Assembly: GCA_031370005.1 (NCBI GenBank)
Contig: JANMPT010000021.1
Span: forward strand, 64,001-128,000
Direction of reading: 5' to 3'
Origin: Bdellovibrionales bacterium
GTDB taxonomy: Bacteria > Bdellovibrionota > Bdellovibrionia > Bdellovibrionales > Bdellovibrionaceae
DNA length: 64,000 bases
In this document: in pieces, positions 9,946 through 18,636 of the stretch
How the letters are laid out: each line of letters opens with the position of its first letter
How positions within the stretch are numbered: position 1 is the stretch's first letter
Translations under genes and position numbers: made by a program
Notes under the pieces: model-generated
What the model was told of the DNA's origin: nothing
Database searches by the model: none
Seen by the model: only the letters and a program-made list of their open reading frames with translations

Positions 9946-11044
9946 GAAGAACTCCTTGAAGCTTCGCAAGCACTTCATCTTGTGAAATTTGCTTCATACA
10001 AAGGTGGGTTTTAATAGGACACTTATTGTGGCCATGTTTTCCGCAGGGTCTACAAGTTAACCCCTGCTTTTCAACAACATAGGCATGGTCTTGCCAAGGG
10101 CGAAATCCAAATTCTAAAACCGTAGGACCAAAGATCACTACTGAAGGAGTTTCAGCGGTCGCGGCCAGATGCATCGAAGCGCTGTCATTGCCGACCAGGG
10201 CTGCTACTTTAGATAAAATCAACGCCGCCTCATAGACACTCGTTCTAGCACAAATATCTAAAGCTTCAGGAATTTGTTTTGCGATCCGCGCGCAAAGTTC
10301 TTCCTCACCAGGACCTCCCATTATAATAATAGGAACTCCTTGATTTGACAAACTTTGCCCGATCTGGATAAAGCCTTCTTCTGTCCAACGCTTTGTAGCC
10401 CAAACACTTCCAGGGAAAAATGCCACAGATTTACTGAGAGTAATTTCATTCAAGTTAACTTTTGCAAGTGCTTGGACAATATCATTTTTATGTCTACTGT
10501 AAAAAGCGCGAAGGTTCATCGAGGCCCACTCAGGCGTAGCGGAAAGTTTTCCGTTTTTGGCAAGGCCATGAGGATTCGCCTCTTCTGAGTATTTTTGAAT
10601 TTTTCCTCTTAAGGACTCATCTATTCCTTGTAAAAGAGTCAATTGGCGAATCACCTCTGGCAAATCGTGATTCTTAGAAATGCGATTGCTGAAAAAAAAT
10701 CCATTCCAAGGTTTAGCAAAGCCAATCTTTTGCTTGGCCTTAAGTTTCTGAACAAAAAATGCGGTGCGCACAGACTCATGGGGGGAAATAACTCTATCAA
10801 TTTCAGTCTCTTTAAGTGCTCGCAAGGCCTTACGATAGGATTCGCCATCATTTTTTTGTATTTCAAGAACTTCGTCGACCATTTGAGTCTTTAAAAAAAA
10901 CTCGCCCACACCTTTACGACAAACCAAGATTAATTTCTGATCCGGCCACAGCTCTTTGATTTTTTTCATCAAAGGAATGCCTAAGAGCAGATCTCCGAGA
11001 AAGGCAGTTTGGATAAGAACATTGGCTGAACGGTACTCTGACAC
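9935..11044 (-). CDS. Glycosyltransferase family 9 (LPS core heptosyltransferase-like)
   Basis: IQTAFLGDLLL, PGSVWATKRW, GNDSASMHLAA, FGPT and a C-terminal CRPC..C..C motif. Confidence 0.92.
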   Translation of the reverse strand: MSEYRSANVLIQTAFLGDLLLGIPLMKKIKELWPDQKLILVCRKGVGEFFLKTQMVDEVLEIQKNDGESYRKALRALKETEIDRVISPHESVRTAFFVQKLKAKQKIGFAKPWNGFFFSNRISKNHDLPEVIRQLTLLQGIDESLRGKIQKYSEEANPHGLAKNGKLSATPEWASMNLRAFYSRHKNDIVQALAKVNLNEITLSKSVAFFPGSVWATKRWTEEGFIQIGQSLSNQGVPIIIMGGPGEEELCARIAKQIPEALDICARTSVYEAALILSKVAALVGNDSASMHLAATAETPSVVIFGPTVLEFGFRPWQDHAYVVEKQGLTCRPCGKHGHNKCPIKTHLCMKQISQDEVLAKLQGVLHEN

Positions 11045-12147
11045 TGATTAAAACCCCTTTTGAGAGCTTCTATAATTTCTGATAGCGAAACCTGATCGTA
11101 ACACATTGTCTGTTTATCGCAAAGCCTCTTCCAGCATGGAGCGCAGGGAGCTTTGGTCAGAATTTTTTCACCACGATCATAGAGATCAATTTCTTGAGCG
11201 CAGGTAGGACCAAACCAAGCTACCACATGTTTTTTTTGCGCAATGGCCATGTGCATCCCAAGACTATCACCAGTTAAAATTAAATCGCAGGCAGCCACGC
11301 TAACAAGACCATCACGAAGACCCGCCGTCGTTGAGCTCTGAATAACCGAAAGGCCTTCGCCAATTTGCAGATTTCTCTCGCTGTCCTCAGGGCCTCCCAA
11401 AAGAACAAGACTTACATTCAACTCGTTTTGAATTGTTTGAATCACTTGGCGCTGAAACTCTATGGAGAGCTTTTTATAAGCAATCACATGGCTACAGCCA
11501 GTATTAATTCCTAGCACTAAAGCATGATCTTGTTTCCAGCTTTCACGGCGGCGCGCCACTTCTCTTTCTTCCACTGCGCTCAAGACCAAATTATACTCAT
11601 CACGTTGAAAACTATCTAACTCAAGTGCTTCAGCCAATAATTGAGTTTCAGGCTTTTTATTTAAAAAAAACTTATGATGGTTATCAAGTCCCAAAAGCCA
11701 TAACTCCTCAGCCGCGGCAGTCGCAGGTAAAACACCGCCTCCCCTTGCTTCGCTAAAAAATCCGAAAACTTGATCTGCCAGGGTTTGCTTCAGAACACCA
11801 GCGGCCTTTAAAGACTTATCAATCATAAAGGCCACATCAAACTCCAAGGCTGAAAGACACAAAAGATCTTCTGCTTTGGTGGTCAAAACGCGATCAATCA
11901 AAGGATGATTTCTGAGAAGCTGATCACTTGGAGAGTCCGTCACCCAAGTAATATGGCTGCCAGGATATTTGCGCTTCATTGATTTCAAAAGACAGGTCGT
12001 CCGAACTACTGCTCCTATAGCGCCTAAGTGCACTATCAATAAATAATTGCTTACAAGGGATTTTTGCGGACAAGCATCTTCGCAAGAAGTATTTCTTTCA
12101 CAAGGTTTATAACCTGAAAAATGCCGACAAGAATTCATCACAGCCAT
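10981..12147 (-). CDS. Glycosyltransferase family 9 with an N-terminal Cys cluster
   Basis: HLGAIGAVVRT, TGDSLGMHMAIA, WFGPT, CAPCWKRLC and N-terminal CRHFSGYKPC..C...C. Confidence 0.9.
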   Translation of the reverse strand: MAVMNSCRHFSGYKPCERNTSCEDACPQKSLVSNYLLIVHLGAIGAVVRTTCLLKSMKRKYPGSHITWVTDSPSDQLLRNHPLIDRVLTTKAEDLLCLSALEFDVAFMIDKSLKAAGVLKQTLADQVFGFFSEARGGGVLPATAAAEELWLLGLDNHHKFFLNKKPETQLLAEALELDSFQRDEYNLVLSAVEEREVARRRESWKQDHALVLGINTGCSHVIAYKKLSIEFQRQVIQTIQNELNVSLVLLGGPEDSERNLQIGEGLSVIQSSTTAGLRDGLVSVAACDLILTGDSLGMHMAIAQKKHVVAWFGPTCAQEIDLYDRGEKILTKAPCAPCWKRLCDKQTMCYDQVSLSEIIEALKRGFNQCQSTVQPMFLSKLPFSEICS

Positions 12148-12193
12148 AGGTCATTTTACCTGGAATTAAGCAAAAAAGGACTCGACTTTGTGC

Positions 12194-13273
12194 TTAATTA
12201 TGTCCAGGAATCACTGAGGTGATCTCAGAAACAAGGGTCCCGATCTTAATCTTGGACTCGATACGCAGTGGATAATGATGTTCATCGTCTGAAAGCCAGA
12301 TATAGATATCACCGACTGGCTTAAAAGCTCCTTTAAGAATAATCTCTGGCTTAATTACGACGGCATTTTTTTCGCCAAGTTCAGTGTCAATTTTTTCACG
12401 ACGAAGACATTTACCTTTAAAAATTAAATTTTGCTCATCGTCTGCCACGCGAAAGGCAATTTCCTTACCTGGTTCCCATTGAAAGTTTCGCATATAAAAA
12501 ATCGCACTAAAAACATTCTGCGAGTATGGTAAAATATCCCAGGCCTGCTTCTTTTCCTCAACACCGTTTTTTTCAGTCACTTTCTTTTCCCAGAAGGTGG
12601 CGTGGTTGGTTTTTTCGTCAAAAAGCATTCGAGCTTCACGCAACTGTCCTGACTCTTTCACATGCAAAGAGTAGACGCTAGGAACCAAGGTCTCATAATC
12701 AACAAAAGTCTCGACCCTGTCATTCACACTATAGATATGTGAATACATTGAACCCGTAAGGATTTCGGTGACAAAATTATAAGCCTTACGCCCATTGACA
12801 TTTACCATAGGTTCGACTTTTAACTTCAAACTTCCGGCAGTTATTTTGAAATAACTGACATTATGTGTGATGACCTCTCCGACGCGAAATGGATCTATGA
12901 TCGGACGACGCCCTTGAAACCCCACATCGTCTTCTAACTCTGGTTGACGTCGAAGGCTGGCAACTGGTTCTTTTTCTTTTTTATGTCTCTTTGATTTTTT
13001 CGTAGGTTTCTCAGTTACTATTTTCTCCGGAACAAGGATCTTTTCTGACTCTGACGGAGTGGCTCTTGGTACAGGCGTCGGAGTTGTTTTTTGATTTTTT
13101 AAAGTCGCAACAGGAATCGAAGTTCCCGTATTTGAAGTGGGCACCTCTTCAATTTTAACAGCTTTTTCAAACTCAGTATTGATTTCAAGTTCTTTTGCCT
13201 TATCATATTTCAGTGGAGCTGACGAACATGAAAGCAGCAAAAGACAGCCGATCAAATAATTAAAATATTTCAC
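12194..13273 (-). CDS. DUF3108-type lipoprotein
   Basis: LLSC lipobox and a Pro/Thr/Lys-rich linker, then PFRVGE...Y.V.YF, 'IWLSDD.HHYPLRIESKIKIG' typical of DUF3108. Confidence 0.75.
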   Translation of the reverse strand: MKYFNYLIGCLLLLSCSSAPLKYDKAKELEINTEFEKAVKIEEVPTSNTGTSIPVATLKNQKTTPTPVPRATPSESEKILVPEKIVTEKPTKKSKRHKKEKEPVASLRRQPELEDDVGFQGRRPIIDPFRVGEVITHNVSYFKITAGSLKLKVEPMVNVNGRKAYNFVTEILTGSMYSHIYSVNDRVETFVDYETLVPSVYSLHVKESGQLREARMLFDEKTNHATFWEKKVTEKNGVEEKKQAWDILPYSQNVFSAIFYMRNFQWEPGKEIAFRVADDEQNLIFKGKCLRREKIDTELGEKNAVVIKPEIILKGAFKPVGDIYIWLSDDEHHYPLRIESKIKIGTLVSEITSVIPGHN

Positions 13274-14154
13274 TCAAAATCCTTCCATCGGCGGTGCACC
13301 CACATCCACTGCTCTGGATGCTTTTTCACAACCTCCTCAATCTTATCATTAAACCTTTGGGTGATTGCAAGAGTGCTTGCCTCTTTGTCTTCACTAATAA
13401 GGTCTAGAACAGAAAGTTCTGGTTCAAAAACCACATGCATTTTATTATCAGTCCCCTCGTAAGTGTAAATTGGCAGGACAGGGGCTTTGGTTCTCATTGA
13501 AAAAAGTGACAATCCATAAGCTGTACCTGTTTCTTTTCCAAAAAAACTTGTCGCAATACCATAAGGTTTTCCCATAAACTGATCGAGCACAAAGACAACA
13601 ATCTCCTGGCGTTTCAAGGCTTTTAGGATATCAAAACTAGTCCTGGCACTATGGGCGTCGATGTATTTTACGCCCTGGGCCCCTCGGAACGAAAACCATA
13701 AATCATTAAATAGTGGACTCTTAAAAACTTTGGTAATAATCGTCACCGGCTGCCCACTCATCACAATGGCGCTAGAAGCAAGGTCCCCATTCCCAAGATG
13801 AAGACTAAGGGCCAGAATCCCTTTTCCTTGTTTCTGAGCATTTCGCAGATTCTCTTCCCCCTCAAAGACCACTTGAGTTTTAAGCCATTTTTTATTTAAA
13901 TACGGTACAGTAAAAAATTCGAAAAACCCTTTCCCCATATTATAAACACTCATACGTCCAATTTTAACTTTCTTTTCTTTAGACCACTCAGGAAAAGCCT
14001 TTTTTAGATTGTCAAAAATAACATCACGGCGAATACGAAATAAATCCACCCATAAAAAACCAATAATCACGCCAAGACCCCTTACCCAAGTGCGTGGCAA
14101 TAAAAAAAGGAAATAACTGCCTATCCTAATGAAGAACTTGATCAAGGATTTCAT
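13270..14154 (-). CDS. lpxL: Lipid A late acyltransferase (LpxL/HtrB family)
   Basis: HLGNGD acyltransferase motif, LDQ, FFG and C-terminal PEQWMWVHRRWK. Confidence 0.9.
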   Translation of the reverse strand: MKSLIKFFIRIGSYFLFLLPRTWVRGLGVIIGFLWVDLFRIRRDVIFDNLKKAFPEWSKEKKVKIGRMSVYNMGKGFFEFFTVPYLNKKWLKTQVVFEGEENLRNAQKQGKGILALSLHLGNGDLASSAIVMSGQPVTIITKVFKSPLFNDLWFSFRGAQGVKYIDAHSARTSFDILKALKRQEIVVFVLDQFMGKPYGIATSFFGKETGTAYGLSLFSMRTKAPVLPIYTYEGTDNKMHVVFEPELSVLDLISEDKEASTLAITQRFNDKIEEVVKKHPEQWMWVHRRWKDFE

Positions 14155-15145
14155 AAAACTTTTCTTCCTGGGATTGAATCCGAACCTCTAATGGCGCATA
14201 CCATAGAGGTATGTCTATCGGCCATAAAGCTTTCAATTTTACAAAATCCTTCTCCGTAGTCACAATATCTGGTGAGCCACTCTTTCGCCAATTTTGAATA
14301 ATATTATCTACGTCTACCAAGCTATAAGCATGATGATCATTGAAGATCATATGATCAGCTACCTGCAAAGAAATAGCCTCAATGTTTTTCTCAAAAGACT
14401 TTGGCCGTGCAATTCCAGAAATCAAGAGCACTCTTTGATCCTTACCATCTCTAATATTTATTTTATTTCCAATTTTAAAACATCGGAGCTCAGTTATCTC
14501 ATAACTCATCGGAACAATATCAATATTAAACTTACGCAATCTTTCGTATAATGCTTCAAGCACACTTGGCTCTACCAGGTTCACCTTGGTCACGACAAAA
14601 ATTGAAGCTCTGGATAAGGAACTCCAAGACTCACGTGCACGACCAATGGGCAGGCACTCATAGTTTTCCAAAGGCTCCGTAGCATCTAGAATAACAATAT
14701 CAACGTCTCGCGCTAATTGACGATGCTGAAAACCGTCATCGATAATTAATAAAGACGGATTTATTTTTTTTAAGGCATAGAGCGCTGTTTTAAATTTCCG
14801 CGGTCCAACAAAAAAATGCGCTTGGGGATTCCTTTCAGCCAACAGAACCGGTTCATCACCAAAATACGCCGCAGCATTTTTTCGCTCGACATCGACTTCT
14901 GCAATTCCAGAAACTTGAGCACGGTAACTGCGACTAACCACTGCTACTTCAACATTGCGATTTTGATAGTATCTCAAACAAAAATCAGTTAGTGGAGTTT
15001 TTCCGGTTCCACCAACTGTCAAGTTTCCAAGACTCAAAACGGGAATGGGAAGCTCGACTGAATAAAAATATTTATTGTCATAAAGATAGTTTTTAAAACC
15101 GGCAATCTTTTCATACAAAGAGCTGAGCGGCTTCAAAAGACTCAT
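14126..15145 (-). CDS. lpxK: Tetraacyldisaccharide 4'-kinase
   Basis: GNLTVGGTGKTP, GDEP, DDGFQH, DHH and TTEKD motifs. Confidence 0.96.
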   Translation of the reverse strand: MSLLKPLSSLYEKIAGFKNYLYDNKYFYSVELPIPVLSLGNLTVGGTGKTPLTDFCLRYYQNRNVEVAVVSRSYRAQVSGIAEVDVERKNAAAYFGDEPVLLAERNPQAHFFVGPRKFKTALYALKKINPSLLIIDDGFQHRQLARDVDIVILDATEPLENYECLPIGRARESWSSLSRASIFVVTKVNLVEPSVLEALYERLRKFNIDIVPMSYEITELRCFKIGNKINIRDGKDQRVLLISGIARPKSFEKNIEAISLQVADHMIFNDHHAYSLVDVDNIIQNWRKSGSPDIVTTEKDFVKLKALWPIDIPLWYAPLEVRIQSQEEKFYEILDQVLH

Positions 15146-16290
15146 GATATAAAAAACTCCTCAAGGGATTGTGCTACTCGTTTAGTCGCACCTTTGTTTC
15201 CCAAGTGCTGACGAAGTTCACCCAGCTCTAAACGTACTTTTTCTGCATATTGTGGATCTTGAAAATAACGATCCATTAATTCAAATAAAACTTCAGAGTT
15301 AGCTTCGGACTGCCAACGCTCCGGGCATACCTCACGACCAAGAATTAAATTTACCAAGCCAAAGAACTTCACCCCACGAATAAAAAAACGAGCAAATACA
15401 CCTGTCATAAATTTCATTCGATACATGATGACCATTGGCTTTTGCAAAAGACCAACCATTAAGGTGGCAGTGCCTGAGGCAACCAACACAAAATCCGCTA
15501 GGTGAACCATTCGCGCTGGCTCATCTTTTATAATCATATAAGGCAAACGAAAATTTTCAAGATAGGGCTCGAGTTTTTCTTTGTCAAAAGTTGGCGCCAC
15601 CATAATTAAAACTTTAACGTTCTGATACTTTTTCATTAATTTACGAGCAACATCCAGCTGAATTTGAAAGTGCTGTTTAAGCTCTAAATTACGACTTCCA
15701 GGCATAAGTCCTAGAACCACTTCGTCGTCTCGAATTCCACACTGATTACGGTGGTTCTTACGATAAGTCAGGTCAAAAAGCTTGTCATCCAACTCATCAA
15801 GAATCGGGTGGCCGACAAATTCACATGGAACTTGGTGCTCTTCATAAAATGGAACTTCAAAGGGAAAAAGAACAAATACTTTTTTGCAATATTTTTTAAT
15901 AGTTTTCACTCGGCCTTTGCGCCAAGCCCAAACTTGTGGAGAAATGTAGTAAACAACTGGAATACCTAAAGCGTACATTTTTTTTGAAAGCATTAAGTTA
16001 AATTCAGGATAATCCATAACGATAACAACCTTAGGTCTGCGTGCAGCAGCAGCAGCCACCAGGTCGTTGAATACTTTTTTAAGACGGCCATAGGCTCCGA
16101 CAATTTCAGCCGCGCCAACGACTGCCATTTCCTCTGCTCTACCGAGACACTCAAAACCAAGCTTTTCCATTTCGCGGCTACCAACCCCAAAAGCTTTGAT
16201 CTTTTTACCTTCGCTTTGCCAATGCTCAAGTAGACGCTGAGCATAGGTCACACTCGACGCTTCTGCGGCGACGATCATGACCTCATTCAT
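15142..16290 (-). CDS. lpxB: Lipid A disaccharide synthase
   Basis: DYPEFNL, YISPQVWAWR, LFPFE, VGHP, MPGSR and SGTATL motifs. Probable start ATG 16290. Confidence 0.96.
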   Translation of the reverse strand: MNEVMIVAAEASSVTYAQRLLEHWQSEGKKIKAFGVGSREMEKLGFECLGRAEEMAVVGAAEIVGAYGRLKKVFNDLVAAAAARRPKVVIVMDYPEFNLMLSKKMYALGIPVVYYISPQVWAWRKGRVKTIKKYCKKVFVLFPFEVPFYEEHQVPCEFVGHPILDELDDKLFDLTYRKNHRNQCGIRDDEVVLGLMPGSRNLELKQHFQIQLDVARKLMKKYQNVKVLIMVAPTFDKEKLEPYLENFRLPYMIIKDEPARMVHLADFVLVASGTATLMVGLLQKPMVIMYRMKFMTGVFARFFIRGVKFFGLVNLILGREVCPERWQSEANSEVLFELMDRYFQDPQYAEKVRLELGELRQHLGNKGATKRVAQSLEEFFIS

Positions 16291-17230
16291 ATGCAGCCTC
16301 AATAGAGGCCTTGATCTCTTCAATCGCTTTTAGAGACCTCAATCCATCAAGACCACTCACTGCCACCGGCCTATTGTTCAATACAGACTCAACAAAAGCA
16401 TCAGTCTCCTTTTGAAGTGCATCATCTTTTGATACAGTCCACGTGCTTAGCTTCACTGGGGTGTCGCCTCCCACTGGCTGGAGTGGGTTGGACTCGCTTT
16501 TCTCAAGCTCTAGACTGGCCGTATTAACATAAACTATGCTTTCTTTTTGAGTCACGCGAATCCAGCGTTGCATGTTTGAAGAAACACGGCTGACATTAAT
16601 ATAAGCCATCGTCCCAGACTTCATTTTCAACGCCACCTGTGCTGTGTCTAGTTCTTTAGAAATAAGTTTTGAACCTGAAGCTGTGAAGCTCTCGATCTCA
16701 CTTTCAGCTAACCAATAAAGAAGATCCAAATCATGAATCATTAGATCGTGAAGTACGCTGACATCCGCCCCTCGCGCCTTGTAAGTAGCGAGGCGAGTCA
16801 TCTCGATAGTCATTGTTTTTTTAAGATGTTTTCTAAGCTCGACAATTGCAGGATTGAATCTTTCTATATGCCCCACAGCTAGCTTAAGATTTTTTTGCTG
16901 TGCTAGGTTCACAAGTTCTTCAGCCTGAGAAATACTTGCAGCTATTGGCTTTTCGACATTTACATGGATGCCATTTTGTAAAAACATCCTAGCAAGTTCA
17001 TAATGCGCTTGAGTGCTTGCCGCCACAGTAACTAAGTCGACCTTGCCAATCAGATCTTTGGCCTGATGAATCGAGGCAACACCGAGCTCCGCCGCGACTT
17101 TATCTGCCTGTACAGAGGAAAAATCACAAACTCCAACTAATTGCGCATTGGGATTCTTTGCATACTTCTGAGCATGAAAGCTTCCCAAATATCCAACCCC
17201 AACAACGGCCGCACGAAGTTGTTTAGTCAT
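16283..17230 (-). CDS. gnnA: Gfo/Idh/MocA oxidoreductase, probable UDP-GlcNAc 3-dehydrogenase (GnnA-like)
   Basis: GVGYLG.FHA, VEKP, GHIERFNP and DLMIHDLD. Sits between lpxA and lpxB, the position of gnnA in bacteria that make diamino-glucose lipid A. Probable start ATG 17230. Confidence 0.75.
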   Translation of the reverse strand: MTKQLRAAVVGVGYLGSFHAQKYAKNPNAQLVGVCDFSSVQADKVAAELGVASIHQAKDLIGKVDLVTVAASTQAHYELARMFLQNGIHVNVEKPIAASISQAEELVNLAQQKNLKLAVGHIERFNPAIVELRKHLKKTMTIEMTRLATYKARGADVSVLHDLMIHDLDLLYWLAESEIESFTASGSKLISKELDTAQVALKMKSGTMAYINVSRVSSNMQRWIRVTQKESIVYVNTASLELEKSESNPLQPVGGDTPVKLSTWTVSKDDALQKETDAFVESVLNNRPVAVSGLDGLRSLKAIEEIKASIEAAYE

Positions 17231-18035
17231 CAGAAACCTCTTTTTGACCGCGAACAATGGCAATGCCACGTTTAGAGCTCTTCACAAAATGAATAAAGTG
17301 CTCAATATTCTCGCTTGGAGTGCACTCCGCGCGAATACGCTCTACATTTTCCTCCACCGTGCCTTTTCCCATTACAAGAATACGAACGGCCTTGTGAACA
17401 TTGTTTGCCTCTTCACGGGAAAAGCCTCTTCTTATTAAACCAATTTTATTAGTTGCACGAACTGTTGCCCAGTGGCCCTCGGCCCTAACAAAAGGGGGAA
17501 TATCCTTATTCACAACTGAACCACCAGCAATGAAGGACCCACGCCCCACCCTGGTAAATTGATTAAAGCCACACATTGCACTTATAACAACATTACTTTC
17601 AATTTCACAGTGCCCACCCAACTGAGAGTTGTTAGACATGATTACATTGTCACCTAATTTGCAGTCATGACCAATATGAGTGTATGCCATGATATAGCAA
17701 TTGTTTCCGATTTCAGTTTTTCTATCAGCTTTAGCTGTTGCTATATTCACCGTTGAAAACTCACGAAAAGTATTGTTGCTACCGATGATTAAGCTGGTTT
17801 CTTCATTTTTATAGGAAATATCTTGCGGTGGGCCGCCAATCACTGCTCCGGGAGAGAAATGATTGTTCTCACCTATAGAGATGAACCCGTGTTTATATCC
17901 TAAGGTCACATGACCTTCTACAAAAGTGCCTTTACCGATTTTTCCTTTGCCCTGAATTAAACAATAAGGACCAATCTCAACATCTAAACCAATTTCAACA
18001 TCGGGCGAAACCACACTCGTGGGATGGATTTTCAC
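17223..18035 (-). CDS. lpxA: UDP-N-acetylglucosamine acyltransferase
   Basis: Hexapeptide repeats, GGPPQD, REF.T and HIGHDC. Confidence 0.96.
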   Translation of the reverse strand: MKIHPTSVVSPDVEIGLDVEIGPYCLIQGKGKIGKGTFVEGHVTLGYKHGFISIGENNHFSPGAVIGGPPQDISYKNEETSLIIGSNNTFREFSTVNIATAKADRKTEIGNNCYIMAYTHIGHDCKLGDNVIMSNNSQLGGHCEIESNVVISAMCGFNQFTRVGRGSFIAGGSVVNKDIPPFVRAEGHWATVRATNKIGLIRRGFSREEANNVHKAVRILVMGKGTVEENVERIRAECTPSENIEHFIHFVKSSKRGIAIVRGQKEVSDD

Positions 18036-18075
18036 GAGAACTCCTCTGACTAGCGATGAGTTAAAAAATTATAAA

Positions 18076-18582
18076 TTATTTTTCCTTTTCATAGGTCTTA
18101 ATAACCTCGTCAGTCAAATCTGCATCCGAATTCGCAAACAAGACCATTTGGTTGTTCTCAAGAACCATAGAGTAGCCTTTTTCTTTTGCCACCTTCGCTA
18201 TAATTTTTTTCATTTTTTCCAAAATAGGAGCCGTTAAATCACGCTCTTTCTTTTGAATTTCAATTTGACTCTTGCCAACTACATCACGGTACTTAAGCAT
18301 CTCTTCTTGAAACTCAGCTTGTTTTTTCGTTAAAATCTCTTCAGATAAGACTGATTTTTTTCTTTCAAGGTCTTCACTCATTTTCTTCAAATCAGCTTCT
18401 TTTTTCTCAAGTTCTTTTTTCTTTTTATTGAACTCGCCTTCAAGCTCTGTTTTTGCCTTTTTACCAGCAGCAGTGCTTTGAATGGCTTTTTGCATATCTA
18501 CATAGCCAATCTTTGCTTCAGCAGCGTGAACTAAGCTTGCCGCCAACACCAAACTTGCAATCATTGTTACTTGTTTTTTCAT
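18076..18582 (-). CDS. skp: Periplasmic chaperone Skp/OmpH
   Basis: Signal peptide, KIGYVDMQ, a coiled coil and C-terminal DLTDEVI. Immediately downstream of bamA. Confidence 0.93.
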   Translation of the reverse strand: MKKQVTMIASLVLAASLVHAAEAKIGYVDMQKAIQSTAAGKKAKTELEGEFNKKKKELEKKEADLKKMSEDLERKKSVLSEEILTKKQAEFQEEMLKYRDVVGKSQIEIQKKERDLTAPILEKMKKIIAKVAKEKGYSMVLENNQMVLFANSDADLTDEVIKTYEKEK

Positions 18583-18636
18583 CTGTCCTCCAAAAAATCT
18601 TTGTTGTTATTAAACCTATCCTTAAATATTTAAAAA

